A stretch of DNA of 60,786 bases, the filler included, from Sphacelaria rigidula (taxonomy: Eukaryota), in the NCBI GenBank assembly GCA_964200075.2. It is 10 parts of 10 records of this genome, joined end to end, with 100 filler letters (N's around TTAATTAATTAA, not from the genome) between each part and the next. Parts side by side here need not be neighbours in the genome. Positions count along the whole stretch, not along the records: positions 36,535 to 42,522 come from CAXNAA020022984.1; positions 42,623 to 48,610 come from CAXNAA020022985.1; positions 48,711 to 54,698 come from CAXNAA020022986.1; 7 more parts are not named here. One strand, 5' to 3'. Every line of letters begins with the position of its first letter. Within the stretch, counting starts at the first letter, position 1. Both the position numbers and the translations under genes were made by a program. Shown here one piece after another: positions 40,599 through 51,417 of the stretch. The notes under the pieces are model-generated. The model did not search any database and was not told the DNA's origin. It worked only from the letters and a program-made list of their open reading frames with translations.

Positions 40599-42622
40599 GT
40601 GCATAGTACAGATGGTTGATATATCGGATATGTGGAATCTTCGACAGGTGTAGAATTTGAACCTTCGACCGAACCCCCAGAAGCTTTTGTCTCTGCGAGA
40701 CACTCATCCCCGTCTGTGCATCGCTCGTGACAGTGGCGAGAGTGGCGCTCGTTCTCCTGCACCCGGTGCCATCACCACGCCGCCATCGATAGCGTAGCTA
40801 CTACTAGTATCTGATCTCACCTGGCGGCAAGTGTGGGCAAATTCTTAACTGAAGGACGAAATAAAGTCACAACGCAAGCTGGCGTTAGAGAAGAAATAGC
40901 AGTATTCGCAATGGCAACACACTCCAACAGTCGCCATCAACATGACAATGAGTCGCACGCACGAATGCAAGAATCATCTTCACGACCTTGCAGCAGCGAA
41001 GCAAAATATCTATAACACTAACCCTAACCCTAACCACAACGAAGGCATACCGAGAACCCTTGGGCAAGGCGGGTGCAACGTGTTCCCTAGGCGAAGTGTG
41101 CGTTGCCAGACCTCAAATCGGCGCCCTAGGCGCCGATTCAGACAAAAACGGGTTGTGGGCACGCTAGGAGGATGCCAGGAGCACAGCTTCCATGAAAGAT
41201 CCGGATTTCGGCATCCACACTCAAATTAATATGGACCAATTTACCCTCCCGAATGGTCAACTATACTGCGTCAAGACGACACAAAAGGCAGCATAAAATC
41301 GTCGGCCCACTTTTACTGAAGCCATTTGGCACCGGAGCCCCATTCATGTCTTTCAGTGCACCCACCCGTCCTAAGACACGCGTCTGTTGTATCGGCACTG
41401 GTGGGTGACGGGCGGCGGTTTGTTTTCATTCTCTCTTGAAGCACAATATCTTCAGAGTCCGATTAATATAATATATATATATATTGATGAAATGAAAAGC
41501 CATGCCCACGGAACAACAAATACACTTGCACAGGGCGAGTCATTCATCCGCTAAAATTGTGAAACGATGAGATCCGATGAATCAAGCTCCTCAACACATG
41601 ACGAGGAGATCGACCAACATCCGCCCAGCCCACATTACACACCCGGCGACTGTACTCCACTCGTCTGTGTAAGGGTCGTCCTCGTTGAAGTTCATCAGTA
41701 CATATGGCTCTGACGCATATTGAGCGCACGTTGTTGGCCCAACCTCGATCCGTGTTCCCAAAAATAAATCGTTCAGCGTTGTGGTTTCAGTTACCGGCGT
41801 TTGGCTACAAATGTTCATGATTGATATTACTTGATTTGAGTGTGTACAACGAGAATCGGAATTTGAGTAGAGCTGACAGTCCCGCCGTGTGCTCCTCGTG
41901 TGCGCAGAACGTGTTCTCGTTGAAATCGGCGTCACAGGCGCCGACTTGGGGTCCACCAAGGCGAAGGGTATGACTCTAGCTAGATTTATACCCTTTGTAC
42001 CAATGTGACGTGATAGCGGTGAAGCACCTTGAGAAGGGTGTAATGGTGTACACCACGAATGTTCCAGGTTCAGACCTCTGTGTACGTTGTTTGTTTACTC
42101 AGCTCAGCAGCGCGGGCTGACCACAGTCGCTCTCATGTATTTCACACAATACAAGGAGACAACAGGCGAATACAGACCAGGATAACACCATTTAATCACG
42201 TAATTGATTGCATCCAACTTCACCTACAGACAGGGAGATACAACACAAACCGAAACAAGCCGAAACCTTAATCAATAAAACACACCAGACAAAACAGCAG
42301 CCCGATTACTGCTCTAATCTCTGGGACTCACTTCCTCGCGGTTTGTAGATAGAGTCATTCTACGAAAGGGGGGGGTATTTTGAGCCATTTGCTACTCGAA
42401 ATTTCGAGTCAGATCGTCGTTTAAAGCAGAAATGGTTGTTCTGACAAGCTTGTTGTGGATCAATAACGCTCATCCATATTGCCTGACACCGTTTGGAACC
42501 AAATACGAGCGCACCGCAAGTGNNNNNNNNNNNNNNNNNNNNNNNNNNNNNNNNNNNNNNNNNNNNTTAATTAATTAANNNNNNNNNNNNNNNNNNNNNN
42601 NNNNNNNNNNNNNNNNNNNNNN

Positions 42623-43641
42623 GGGATGGACGATTGACACAGTAGCGATGACCATTTCCGTCCCACAGCGCAAGATTGAGAATCTGCGGGGCATTTTAGA
42701 CCAATGGCCAGTAGACAGGAAGGAAGCGTCGGTTAAGGAAGTGCGATCGGTGGTGCGAAAGCTTCTGCACTTGTGTGAGGTCGTGAGACCGGGAAAGGTT
42801 TTCGTGTGGCGTATTCTAAATCAACTAGGTCTAGCGCTTTTCACGGCAGGCGAAGCGGCGGACAAAGGATTCGTAGCAAGGCGCGCACAGCGCCAGGGAT
42901 GCGTTCGGCTGGGTCCAGAGTTCCATGATGACCTGGCTTTTTGGAGGTTGATTTTGGATATGGCTACAGGGGTAGACGCTGTGACTCGGTTAGAAGTACC
43001 TCTGTTGTGCAGTTTTCTGCAGCTCCCAAGCTTGATAATCATTAGCGATGCCAGCAGGGATGCCATGGGAGGATACTGTTTGGAAACCGGCAAATGGTGG
43101 AGGATAGATTTCACTCCGGATGTACGTGCACGCCTCCGTACCCGTGTGCTTTCTAGAGACGATTTGTCGATGAACGTTTTTGAGCTGCTGGCTATGGTAG
43201 TGACGGCGTGGGCGTTGACTGTACATGCTGGGGAACGACCGGAGTACCCCGGGCAGAGTATCTTGATGCGAGGGGACAACATCAGCGCTGTTCACTGGGT
43301 AAACAAATGTAGGGAGGCGAAAGAGCCACGGTCGGGGGCGCTCATGCGAATGATGGGCGTGTTGGAAATGCGAAACGGGTGGCGGCTCCGTGCGAAACAC
43401 ACCAAAGGGGTAGCAAATACTCTTGCCGATGGTATCTCGAGGTGGGACCGTGCTGACATTGCTCGTAACTTGCACTCTTTTCGGCCCCGACATTTGTTGG
43501 CAGGAGCAGCGGCTCGGGCAAGAAGCTCTGGATCTTACTTTCGCGGTCTTGGCGTTGAGCTCGTCGGAAAGTCAATTGCGGCTTCGTCTAAATGAAATTA
43601 CGAGGCGGGTTTCCGGTCTTGGCGTCTCTTTCGCGGGTTGA
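42623..43641 (+). pseudogene. RT C-terminus and RNase H of a tyrosine-recombinase (Ngaro/DIRS-type) retrotransposon
   Basis: Motifs GWTIDT, SDAS..AMGG, MNVFELLA, RGDNISAVHWVNK and HTKGVANTLADGISR. A frameshift near 43485 moves the C-terminus into track ORF 43423..43641. Confidence 0.9.
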
Positions 43642-44657
43642 TAGGCCGGGATAAGTTTTTCGGCGCCGACGCATCGGTCGAAGAGACGACTTGGGATTTG
43701 GTCGATTTTGCGGCGTGGTGTTTCGATTCCCAAGGGAACGTAGCTGGTACGATATCGGGCAAGTTTGCGGCGGTGCAGTATTTTCATAGGATGGAGGTAC
43801 AAGTAGAAGTCGTCACCACGTCTCCGGTGTTGAAGTGTGCGTTGAAAGGGATTGCGAAATCGCATGCTGACACAGGCACGTGCCGCCGAACTCACCTTCC
43901 GGTCACATGGCAGATGTCGTTGTTGGACGGAGAATGTTTGATCCCATCGTGGGGCGTTGGGGGAAAGGTGCTTTGGCTTTGCTTGAGCTCGAGCTATTTT
44001 CTGCTCACAGATGTTTGCGAGTACGTCGGGGGTGATACATTCAGCGCATTGTCTTACACGTAGGGATGTTGCGTTTTTTCAGGGGATACCCAGCTGGAGT
44101 ATTTGCAGTGGCGCCAGGCTGACAGGATAGAGATATATTTCCGGGGCCACAAAGGGGATCAGGAGCAAAGGGGCGAAGTAAGGGTCCGTACGCGAGAAGA
44201 AATTCGTAGTCCGCATGCGGGGTACAGAGCAGACGGCGGTGCAGTTGCTCTGGTGTTGGGGTTGTTGTCATGCTACGCGACATTGCCCGCAGACGCTCCA
44301 CTATCTTCTTACTGCTATGATCGGGGAGTCAAAGTATGGAAGTACAACGAGGCACTTCGAGCGTTGAGAGAGGTAGTCGAGAAGTCGGGTCGCGACCCGA
44401 AAGACTTTGCTTTACACTCGTTGAGGATCGGAGGGACATCCACTATGGTATCAGGGGGAGAAATATCAGATAGAGTAGCGCAGAGGGAAGGAAGGTGGAA
44501 GTCAGATGCATACAAGGCGTACACTGTAAACAACATAGAAGACTCGCGACGGGTATCGCGCATTCTTCGAGACAAGAAAAGGGGAGTTAGTAGACAACCA
44601 GGGGAAGGAATTGTGTGGGGGAGTTACAAGAAGAGGCGGCGAATTCCGATGCAGTAA
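43530..44657 (+). pseudogene. Tyrosine recombinase of the same retrotransposon (internal stop, frameshifts)
   Basis: N-terminal SIAASSK*NYEAGFRSW (stop at 43593-43595), HKGDQ, catalytic HSLRIGG and GRWKSDAYKAY. Overlaps the end of the RT-RH frame, as in Ngaro-like elements. Confidence 0.92.
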
Positions 44658-44920
44658 AAAACTCCACGACCTCGATATGGGTAAATAAATGGTAGAGTAC
44701 CATTTTGGGACTTGGTCATTTGAGATTTTCACGTACATTAGGAGCGTTTATGTGTCCCCCTGGTTGTTCTGAGGGAGAGAGAGAGACAGTTTTCATGAGC
44801 AGAAACACGATAGTCTATGGCAGAAGGGTTCAGAGATTGTGCCCTGCAAAGCAGTCGTCTCTCTCTCTCTTGCCTTCGGGTCCGACAATATGAATGAAAA
44901 AGGCAATTCGAAAGAAAAGC

Positions 44921-45872
44921 AATAAAAAGAAGGGTTAGCTTCTCTATTTCATGTCTATGCCTGGGCTGTGTCAGTGTAGGTTAAATAAAAGGAGGATAGC
45001 TTTTCTATTTCATGTGTATGTCCGGGCTGTGTTAGCTACGTGGAATAAAAGGAGGGTTAGCTTCTCTATTTCATGTCTATGTCCGGGCTGTGTTATAGTA
45101 GCTTAGAGGAAAAGGAGGGTTAGCTTCTCTATTTTTTCATGTCTATATCCGGGCTGTGTTATGGGAGGTTGAATAAGAAGAAGGGTTAGCTTCTCTATTT
45201 CATGTCTATGTTCGGGCTGTGTTGTAGTAGGTTAAATAAAAAAAGGAAGGGTTAGCTTCTCTATTCCATGTCTATGTCCGGGCTGTGTTGTAGTAGATGA
45301 AAGAAAAAGGAAGGGTTAGCTTTTCTATTTCATGTCTATGTCCGGGCTATGTCATAGTAGGTTGAATAAAAAGGAGGGCTGGCTTCTCTATTTCATGTCT
45401 ACGTTCGGGCTGTGTTATAGTAGCTTAAATAAAAAGGAGGGTTGGCTTCTTTATTTCATGTCTATGTCCGGGCTGTGTTATGATAGGTTAAATAAAAAGG
45501 AGGGTTAGCTTCTCTATTTCATGTCTATGTCCGGGCTGCATTATAGTTGGATAAATAAAGGAGGGTTGGCTTTTCCATTTCATGTCTATGTCCGGGCTGT
45601 GTTAGATTAGGTTAAATAAAAAAGAAGGGTTAGCTTCTCTATTTCATGTCGACGTCCGGGCTGTGTTATAGTAGCTTAAATAAAAAGGGGGGTTAGCTTC
45701 TCTATTTCATGTTCATGTCCGGGCTGTGTTAGCGTAGGTTAAATAAAAAGGAGGGTTAGCTTCTCTATTTCATGTCTATGCCCGGGCTGTGTTAGCGTAG
45801 TTGATATAAAAGGAGGGTTAGCTTCTCTATTTCATGTCTATGTCCGGGCTGTGTTATGGTAGGTTACATAAA
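44921..45872 (+). repeat. Tandem array of 15 units of ~62 bp downstream of the YR gene
   Basis: Conserved ~48-nt core aaaaggagggttagcttctctatttcatgtctatgtccgggctgtgtta, separated by 12-16-nt more variable linkers (consensus tagtaggttaaat). Confidence 0.95.
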
Positions 45873-46821
45873 ATGTGTTGCCGGGGGGGAACCATTGGAT
45901 TGTTTTATTGTTTTCATTTTATGTCCGTCGGTTTGGGACTTTTTTTCTAGTGGCGGTCCCCGGTATATGTACGGTGACAGTCTGTACATTTGTCTAGGTT
46001 TTGGTGGCTTGTTTCACAGCGCCGTTGCCACTCGACGCCAACCCAAGAGTTTAGAGGTGAGGGGGGGGCGCATGAATAACTCATCACATATCATACCGGC
46101 CACCCAACCAACTCGGGAATGACCTGAAAGTTAGCGTTGCAAATCGCGATACAACCCCCCTTCGGGAATATTGAGAAAATGGTATACTCGGAGTATGTGA
46201 TATACAGGCTGGTTTGACTGCTTGAGATACGGAAGTACCTCCGGGGCACATGCTGCGAACATGGACTCAAGCTAGCAACCGCGCAGGACCCCGGCAATCA
46301 TACAATTTTCCCACAGTATGCCACACACGTTGATGAGCCAATCGCGCACCTTGAAATTTTCAAGCAAAACCACATGAGCAAGTTGGAGAGGTTGGCTCCC
46401 GAAAACTCAAACGTTGAAAAAGCGTCGATGCCGCGGCATCTTCGTATGCTGCCATCAGAACATGCACTCTGCGTGTCACGAGCTGCGGATCACGTACGGC
46501 ACCCGCAGCATCCGGTCACACGGCACGGCCCCTCCAGCCGATCGATGACGTCATGAACAAGTCAGTTGGTGCAGTACAAAATGCCCTTTGAACCAAGAGC
46601 AGTGTGCAATTCTTGCCGAAGTACCTGGACGACAGTTGGCGAGAGCAGAACACCGGGAAACACCATATCGTTCCAGTTTTTCGTCGAGAGTTGGACACAG
46701 GAGGGAGGCATCACAGGCTTATTACTAATTGTTTATGCGACGTCCCCAGGTGGTGGTAACCAAAACATGTCAATTTCCCGCTCAGCTGATAGAGGGGACA
46801 TCCTCATTGGAATGATGCTAT

Positions 46822-47510
46822 GCGACCTCAGGCATGCGAGCGAGGGAGGGACCATGGTGGACGTGCCTTTCCGTGAGATTGTGGGGAGCTTGATGTGGAT
46901 AGCGAACGACACGGGGCCCGATATCGCGAATGCGGTTCGGGCAGTCGCTCGGTGCTCTCATGAACCCAAGCTGACTCACCACCAGGCGGCACAGAAGATA
47001 CTCGAGCATTTGAATGCTACGTCGGACTTAGGCTTACTTTTCAAGAAGAATAGTGACTTGGGATGTATTCAGTTGGAGTTTTATTTGGATACGTATGTTG
47101 ACGCAGACTACGCCCATAAGGCAGAGGACCGACATTCCGTTTCCGGTATAGCTTATTGCTGTGGAGGTACGCTAGTGTCTTGATTTTCACAGAAGTGCGT
47201 CACCTTATGTACTACTTAGGCAGAGTACGTAGCGATGGCAGACGGTGTCAAGGAGGCCCTGTATGTGACGGGGGTTCTGAAGTTCCTATTTCCCAGTTTG
47301 GGGTCGAAAAGTATTGGCGCTTTTGAGGATAATAAGGAGGCGATGGACTTAGCTGGAAACCCGTTAAGCTCGTCAAACAGCAAACACATTGATATACGGT
47401 ACTATTTTCTCAGAGAGTCGATTTCTAGCGGTGACATATCCGTGAAGTATCTTCAATCAGAAGAAGGGCATCGGACATCTCAACCAAAGCCGTTGTTAGA
47501 GAGAGTTTCG
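46822..47510 (+). pseudogene. Ty1/Copia RT C-terminus and RNase H remnant
   Basis: PFREIVGSLMW...PDIANAV, YVDADYA..EDRHSVSG, AEYVAMA, EDNK and SKHIDIRYYFLRE. In-frame stops are present (e.g. 47181-47183). Confidence 0.93.
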
Positions 47511-47564
47511 AAAGGCAGCGTCATTCTCTCTTGGAAAGAATGTAGAATTCACCGGGGGGGGGGT

Positions 47565-47995
47565 TGTGGCTGACCCCATTATTTGAGATGAGCGATTACA
47601 ATAAGATCATCCTTGGGCTTGTAAGTCGATAAAGCTAGAGAGGGTGTTCAATACAGTTGATCTACGAACAGAAGCCAGAAGCATAAGCGGGGAAATTACG
47701 GGGTATTCGATTATCCTCGCAAGATTACTGAAAACGTTCCTTGTGATTGGAGAAAGACTAATTGTTCCGAGTTCCTATGTTTTGGGAAATGTATCGCGGA
47801 TCTTGCGACGCTGTAGATTTTGGATCGTAGGCTGTCCTGACAAGGTAGTACTCTACGCCCAGTCCCTCACTCGTCTCCCTCGCCTCTCTTCACCCGATTT
47901 CCCACGTGTGGATAGTAATAGTAAGGAGTTGTAATACATCGTAATCTTCTTCCCAGCTACTGCAAGCGGGTAGTAACCTGTTTGAGCACACAACA
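47565..47995 (+). repeat. 3' LTR of the Copia element, preceded by a G-run polypurine tract
   Basis: G-tract at 47554-47563, then TGTGG...CAACA boundaries (the Copia consensus is TGTTG...CAACA). Confidence 0.65.
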
Positions 47996-48877
47996 AGGGG
48001 CTGTTGTTGCTGCAGGATCATCTGATCAACACGATCATTCGAATATGACGGGTGTTTTGTTTTGGGTATTCATTCCTGGCTGATGGCGGGTTAAGGCCCG
48101 GCCTTCAATGGACTCCCCTGTTGTACACGTCAAAAGTACCACCACCGTGCGTCGAGCTCAGGGATAGTTTCATGTCGATACACGGCCTCTAAGCGAAAAA
48201 AGTATCGATAGGCACTGATGGAACTCTACACACGCGGCCATTCGCCTACCCCCATGAAAATCCTTTATCACGATCTTCATCTTCTCGAGCAAGGGTTTAT
48301 CGAGAGCAAACCAAATCGGACACGGAGGCCCCCCCTTCCCCCCCCCCCTCCCGGAGAGCAATTTTTCGAAAATTGTCGGGATTTTTTCGGGGGGGTTGTG
48401 ATTTTTTTCGTTATTTTCTTGAACTTTTTCGTTGAAATGTTTTCAAGAAACTGACCAACAAACCTTAACAAAACCGAAATTCTCGCGGGCTTTGCGTGGT
48501 TCGTGTATTTGCTTCTGCTCCTTGCCCGCCCTGTCCCAATGGCCTCGGATGCCGGCAACACTCACACACATCTATGTACAATACACGAGCGCACGGTAGC
48601 GACAGCCTGTNNNNNNNNNNNNNNNNNNNNNNNNNNNNNNNNNNNNNNNNNNNNTTAATTAATTAANNNNNNNNNNNNNNNNNNNNNNNNNNNNNNNNNN
48701 NNNNNNNNNNCTATGGTTTTCCGCCTCCAAGGGGGGGCGTGCTCAACGGTCACCCCTTTCCGGCCAGCGCCAAATGCGGACCCCCCCCCCCCCCTCCCCC
48801 CCAATCGTAGCATCACTCCTGGACATTTCAAAATCTATATATTAGGGTGAGGATGATGTGTAGCCGTCAGCATTTAC

Positions 48878-48978
48878 CTGAAACTGTGTGGATCGCAGAA
48901 GTTCGTAGAGGTTGAACGACAGAATCTCGAAGACCAGGCACTGGTGATTATGGCTCATGAATTCGTCGAGCATCCGGG
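48878..48978 (-). CDS. DYRK1: DYRK kinase exon: (A)RMLDEFMSHNHQCLVFEILSFNLYELLRSTQFQ
   Basis: ccag acceptor and gtaaat donor. Matches DYRK1 subdomains IV-V (HLCLVFEMLSYNLYDLLR). Confidence 0.9.
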
Positions 48979-49519
48979 CTGGAAGAGGCGGAGGAAAATA
49001 TTGAACGAGTCGCACATGAGAAATTAAACGCAGGAATGAAAGAGGTGAATAAAAATGAGGGGGAAAGGAAGAGATGAAGCGATATAAAGTGAACGAACAA
49101 GACTGAAAAGTAAAAGAAGAACGGCGAGAAGAGAGATGACAAGAAAAAGAAGTAGGGGAAAAAATTAAAAGAGGGAGACAGCGAAAGCCATGTAACGGCA
49201 CGTACGAAATACCTCAAACGATAATCGTTAACAAGAGGTATAGACCTTGACATTATTGATATACTATATCATCAACACATCGACAACTCCGAATCTACGA
49301 AAACCATGAAGAAGAAAAAAGAAGAAGATAAGAAAGTCAGGAAAAGAGAAAAAAGAAAAAGTCAGCAGCACAATACCATCCACGTTTACCGGATGAAGCG
49401 ACCACAAGTTCTGGAATCAGAGAAAAAACGATGAAAGTGAAAATGGAAATGAAATGAAAGTATTGAATAAAAGAAAGTAGAAAGTAAGAAATCAAACTAT
49501 ATCAGAAAAGGAGATGAGA

Positions 49520-49655
49520 ATAAAATGTAAATGTAAACGTAAACGTGAACGTGAACGTGAACGTGAACGTAAACGTAGAGGCAAATGTAAATGCGAATGC
49601 GAATGCGAATGCGAATGCGAATGGCAATGAACATGAACATGAACATGAACATGAA
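49520..49655. repeat. Compound hexamer microsatellite (GTGAAC)n(GCGAAT)n(ATGAAC)n in a DYRK intron
   Basis: Direct reading of the sequence. Confidence 0.9.
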
Positions 49656-49666
49656 GATACACTCAC

Positions 49667-49766
49667 CACAGTTGTATTTTCCGTCTGGATCTCTCTCCCT
49701 CAGCATCTCCAAGATTTCCACCTCCACCCTCGCCTGCATCGTAAACGGCCGCTTGCTTTTGATCAC
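49667..49766 (-). CDS. DYRK1: DYRK kinase exon: VIKSKRPFTMQARVEVEILEMLRERDPDGKYNC
   Basis: gcag acceptor and gtgagt donor. Resembles DYRK1 [20 protein letters not shown]. Confidence 0.9.
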
Positions 49767-50134
49767 CTGCATCATGAAATATTCACACAAAGAAAAAAGA
49801 CACACGCGCGAATACGAAGAGAGAGTAAATAAAACGTGTTGACGAACAACAAACCACAACCGTGACTAAATACACACACAAAAAAACAAAAAAGAACACG
49901 GCCAAAGAAAACTCAAGCATTCCACAGCACCACAACATATATAATTATACATGGATTTTCCTGCTGCGATTTTAGACAAAGACAATTGATATTATCTATG
50001 TGTTCAAATGCGTGAGTGCTTCAGACGAGCAACACATAAAAGGTGGTCCATCTATCGCATCCTTCGAACACCCAAGTATGTACGATCGGTGAATGATGAC
50101 ACCTGTTTCGCCGTACACCTGTGCAGTATTTTAC

Positions 50135-50196
50135 CTTCAAGGCAACATATGTCTTGTTCTTCTCGTCCCACGCCTTATATACCTTGCCGAATGATC
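50135..50196 (-). CDS. DYRK1: DYRK kinase exon: (G)SFGKVYKAWDEKNKTYVALK (Gly-rich loop and catalytic Lys)
   Basis: tttcag acceptor and gtaaaa donor, phase-compatible with both neighbouring exons. Not in the ORF track. Confidence 0.9.
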
Positions 50197-50891
50197 CTGA
50201 AAAGTCATGCGACGGTCAGAGAGAGAGAAAAGGGAAAAGGGAAAATAGGGAGCCATTGACTGATTGATTGATTGATTGTCGCACATAACATAAAGAAAAA
50301 GAAGCGACCATACTGGTTTTATCAAGTGATCGACGATAACGTACTTATATAAATTGCTCACGGAAAGAAACAAGAGGGCACAAAAAAATACGAGAACCGA
50401 AAAAATACAGTACAGAGGATCAACCCACCAATCAAATCCGTTGACACGAGACAGGATGATGTCAGTCTAGTCAATAAAAACGAATACTTGAGTTCATGTA
50501 TATGTATCTATAAAACGCATACCCTTCAACTCTTCGAGAAACGGCCCCTTAACAAACCCAAGCCTGGCAACAATTTATTTCCAGGTGTGAACGTAAGTGC
50601 CGATTTCGATCCAACTATTAGGGAGTGGTGTCGTGACACTGTACCCCCCCCCCCCAAAAAAAAAAACCAGCCCCCCACACTGTCCAGAAAAATACGGCCA
50701 TACAGCACATGGCAGCTGGTTTCAGACTGCATGAGGCGCTTCATACAGACGACATTGGCTCCGACAATCCCAAGTGTGGGAATTCCCAGCTGCTTGGTGT
50801 GCTCGGCCGTTGTCATTTTAATCAACATGTAGATTTTGCCTCCCCAAACCAACACCGTCTCCTGGGGGGGGGCTATCGCGGTATCAGTTTA

Positions 50892-51078
50892 GGGCGTGTC
50901 TCTAGCACACTATTTTGCGATCGAAAAGGTGCCGCGGAACGGGAAAAAAATCTCATCTGATGTGTCATCATTCATGTCGACGTCATTCATGTTAACATGA
51001 TGACCATCTATCAGATCGGAATTTTCCTTTCCTACTGCACGTTTTCGATCGATGATCAATGGATCTAAGACGCGCCTC
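50892..51078. mobile_element. Short palindromic Tourist-like MITE in a DYRK intron
   Basis: TIR gggcgtgtct...agacgcgcctc, flanked by TTA on both sides (PIF/Harbinger-type TSD). Confidence 0.75.
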
Positions 51079-51202
51079 TTAGGTGACACGAAGACGGGCA
51101 CACGAGAAGATAAAAAAAGAAGAAAAAAAAACTACAAACAGGCGACGGCCAAGAAGACAAAGACACAAAAACAAGCCACTACCAGGTCATGTTTCATCAC
51201 AC

Positions 51203-51417
51203 CTTTGCCTATCGTTTCTCGCACAGCGTATCGACCATTGAACACCTCCCCCTCATGGACAATGTAGTCGAAGTTCTCATCATCCAACCCGTGGTTGTAC
51301 ACACCGCCCTGCCTCGCCGCAGGCTTGCTCCCGCCTCCGCCTCCGCCGCCCCCTCCGCGGTTTCCTGTCGCCGCCGCTGCTGACTGCTCCTGCTGTCGAT
51401 TCTTCTCGGCGTAGTAC
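51203..51417 (-). CDS. DYRK1: DYRK kinase exon with DH box: YYAEKNRQQEQ...GGGG...VYNHGLDDENFDYIVHEGEVFNGRYAVRETIGK(G)
   Basis: acag acceptor and gtgtga donor. Contains the DYRK-homology box DDxNxDY and YYAxK, as in class-1 DYRKs. The ORF track shows only a different frame here. Confidence 0.9.

Noticed and set aside
44921..45872. CRISPR array
   Set aside because: The linkers are only 12-16 nt and are variants of one consensus. There are no cas genes and the context is eukaryotic.
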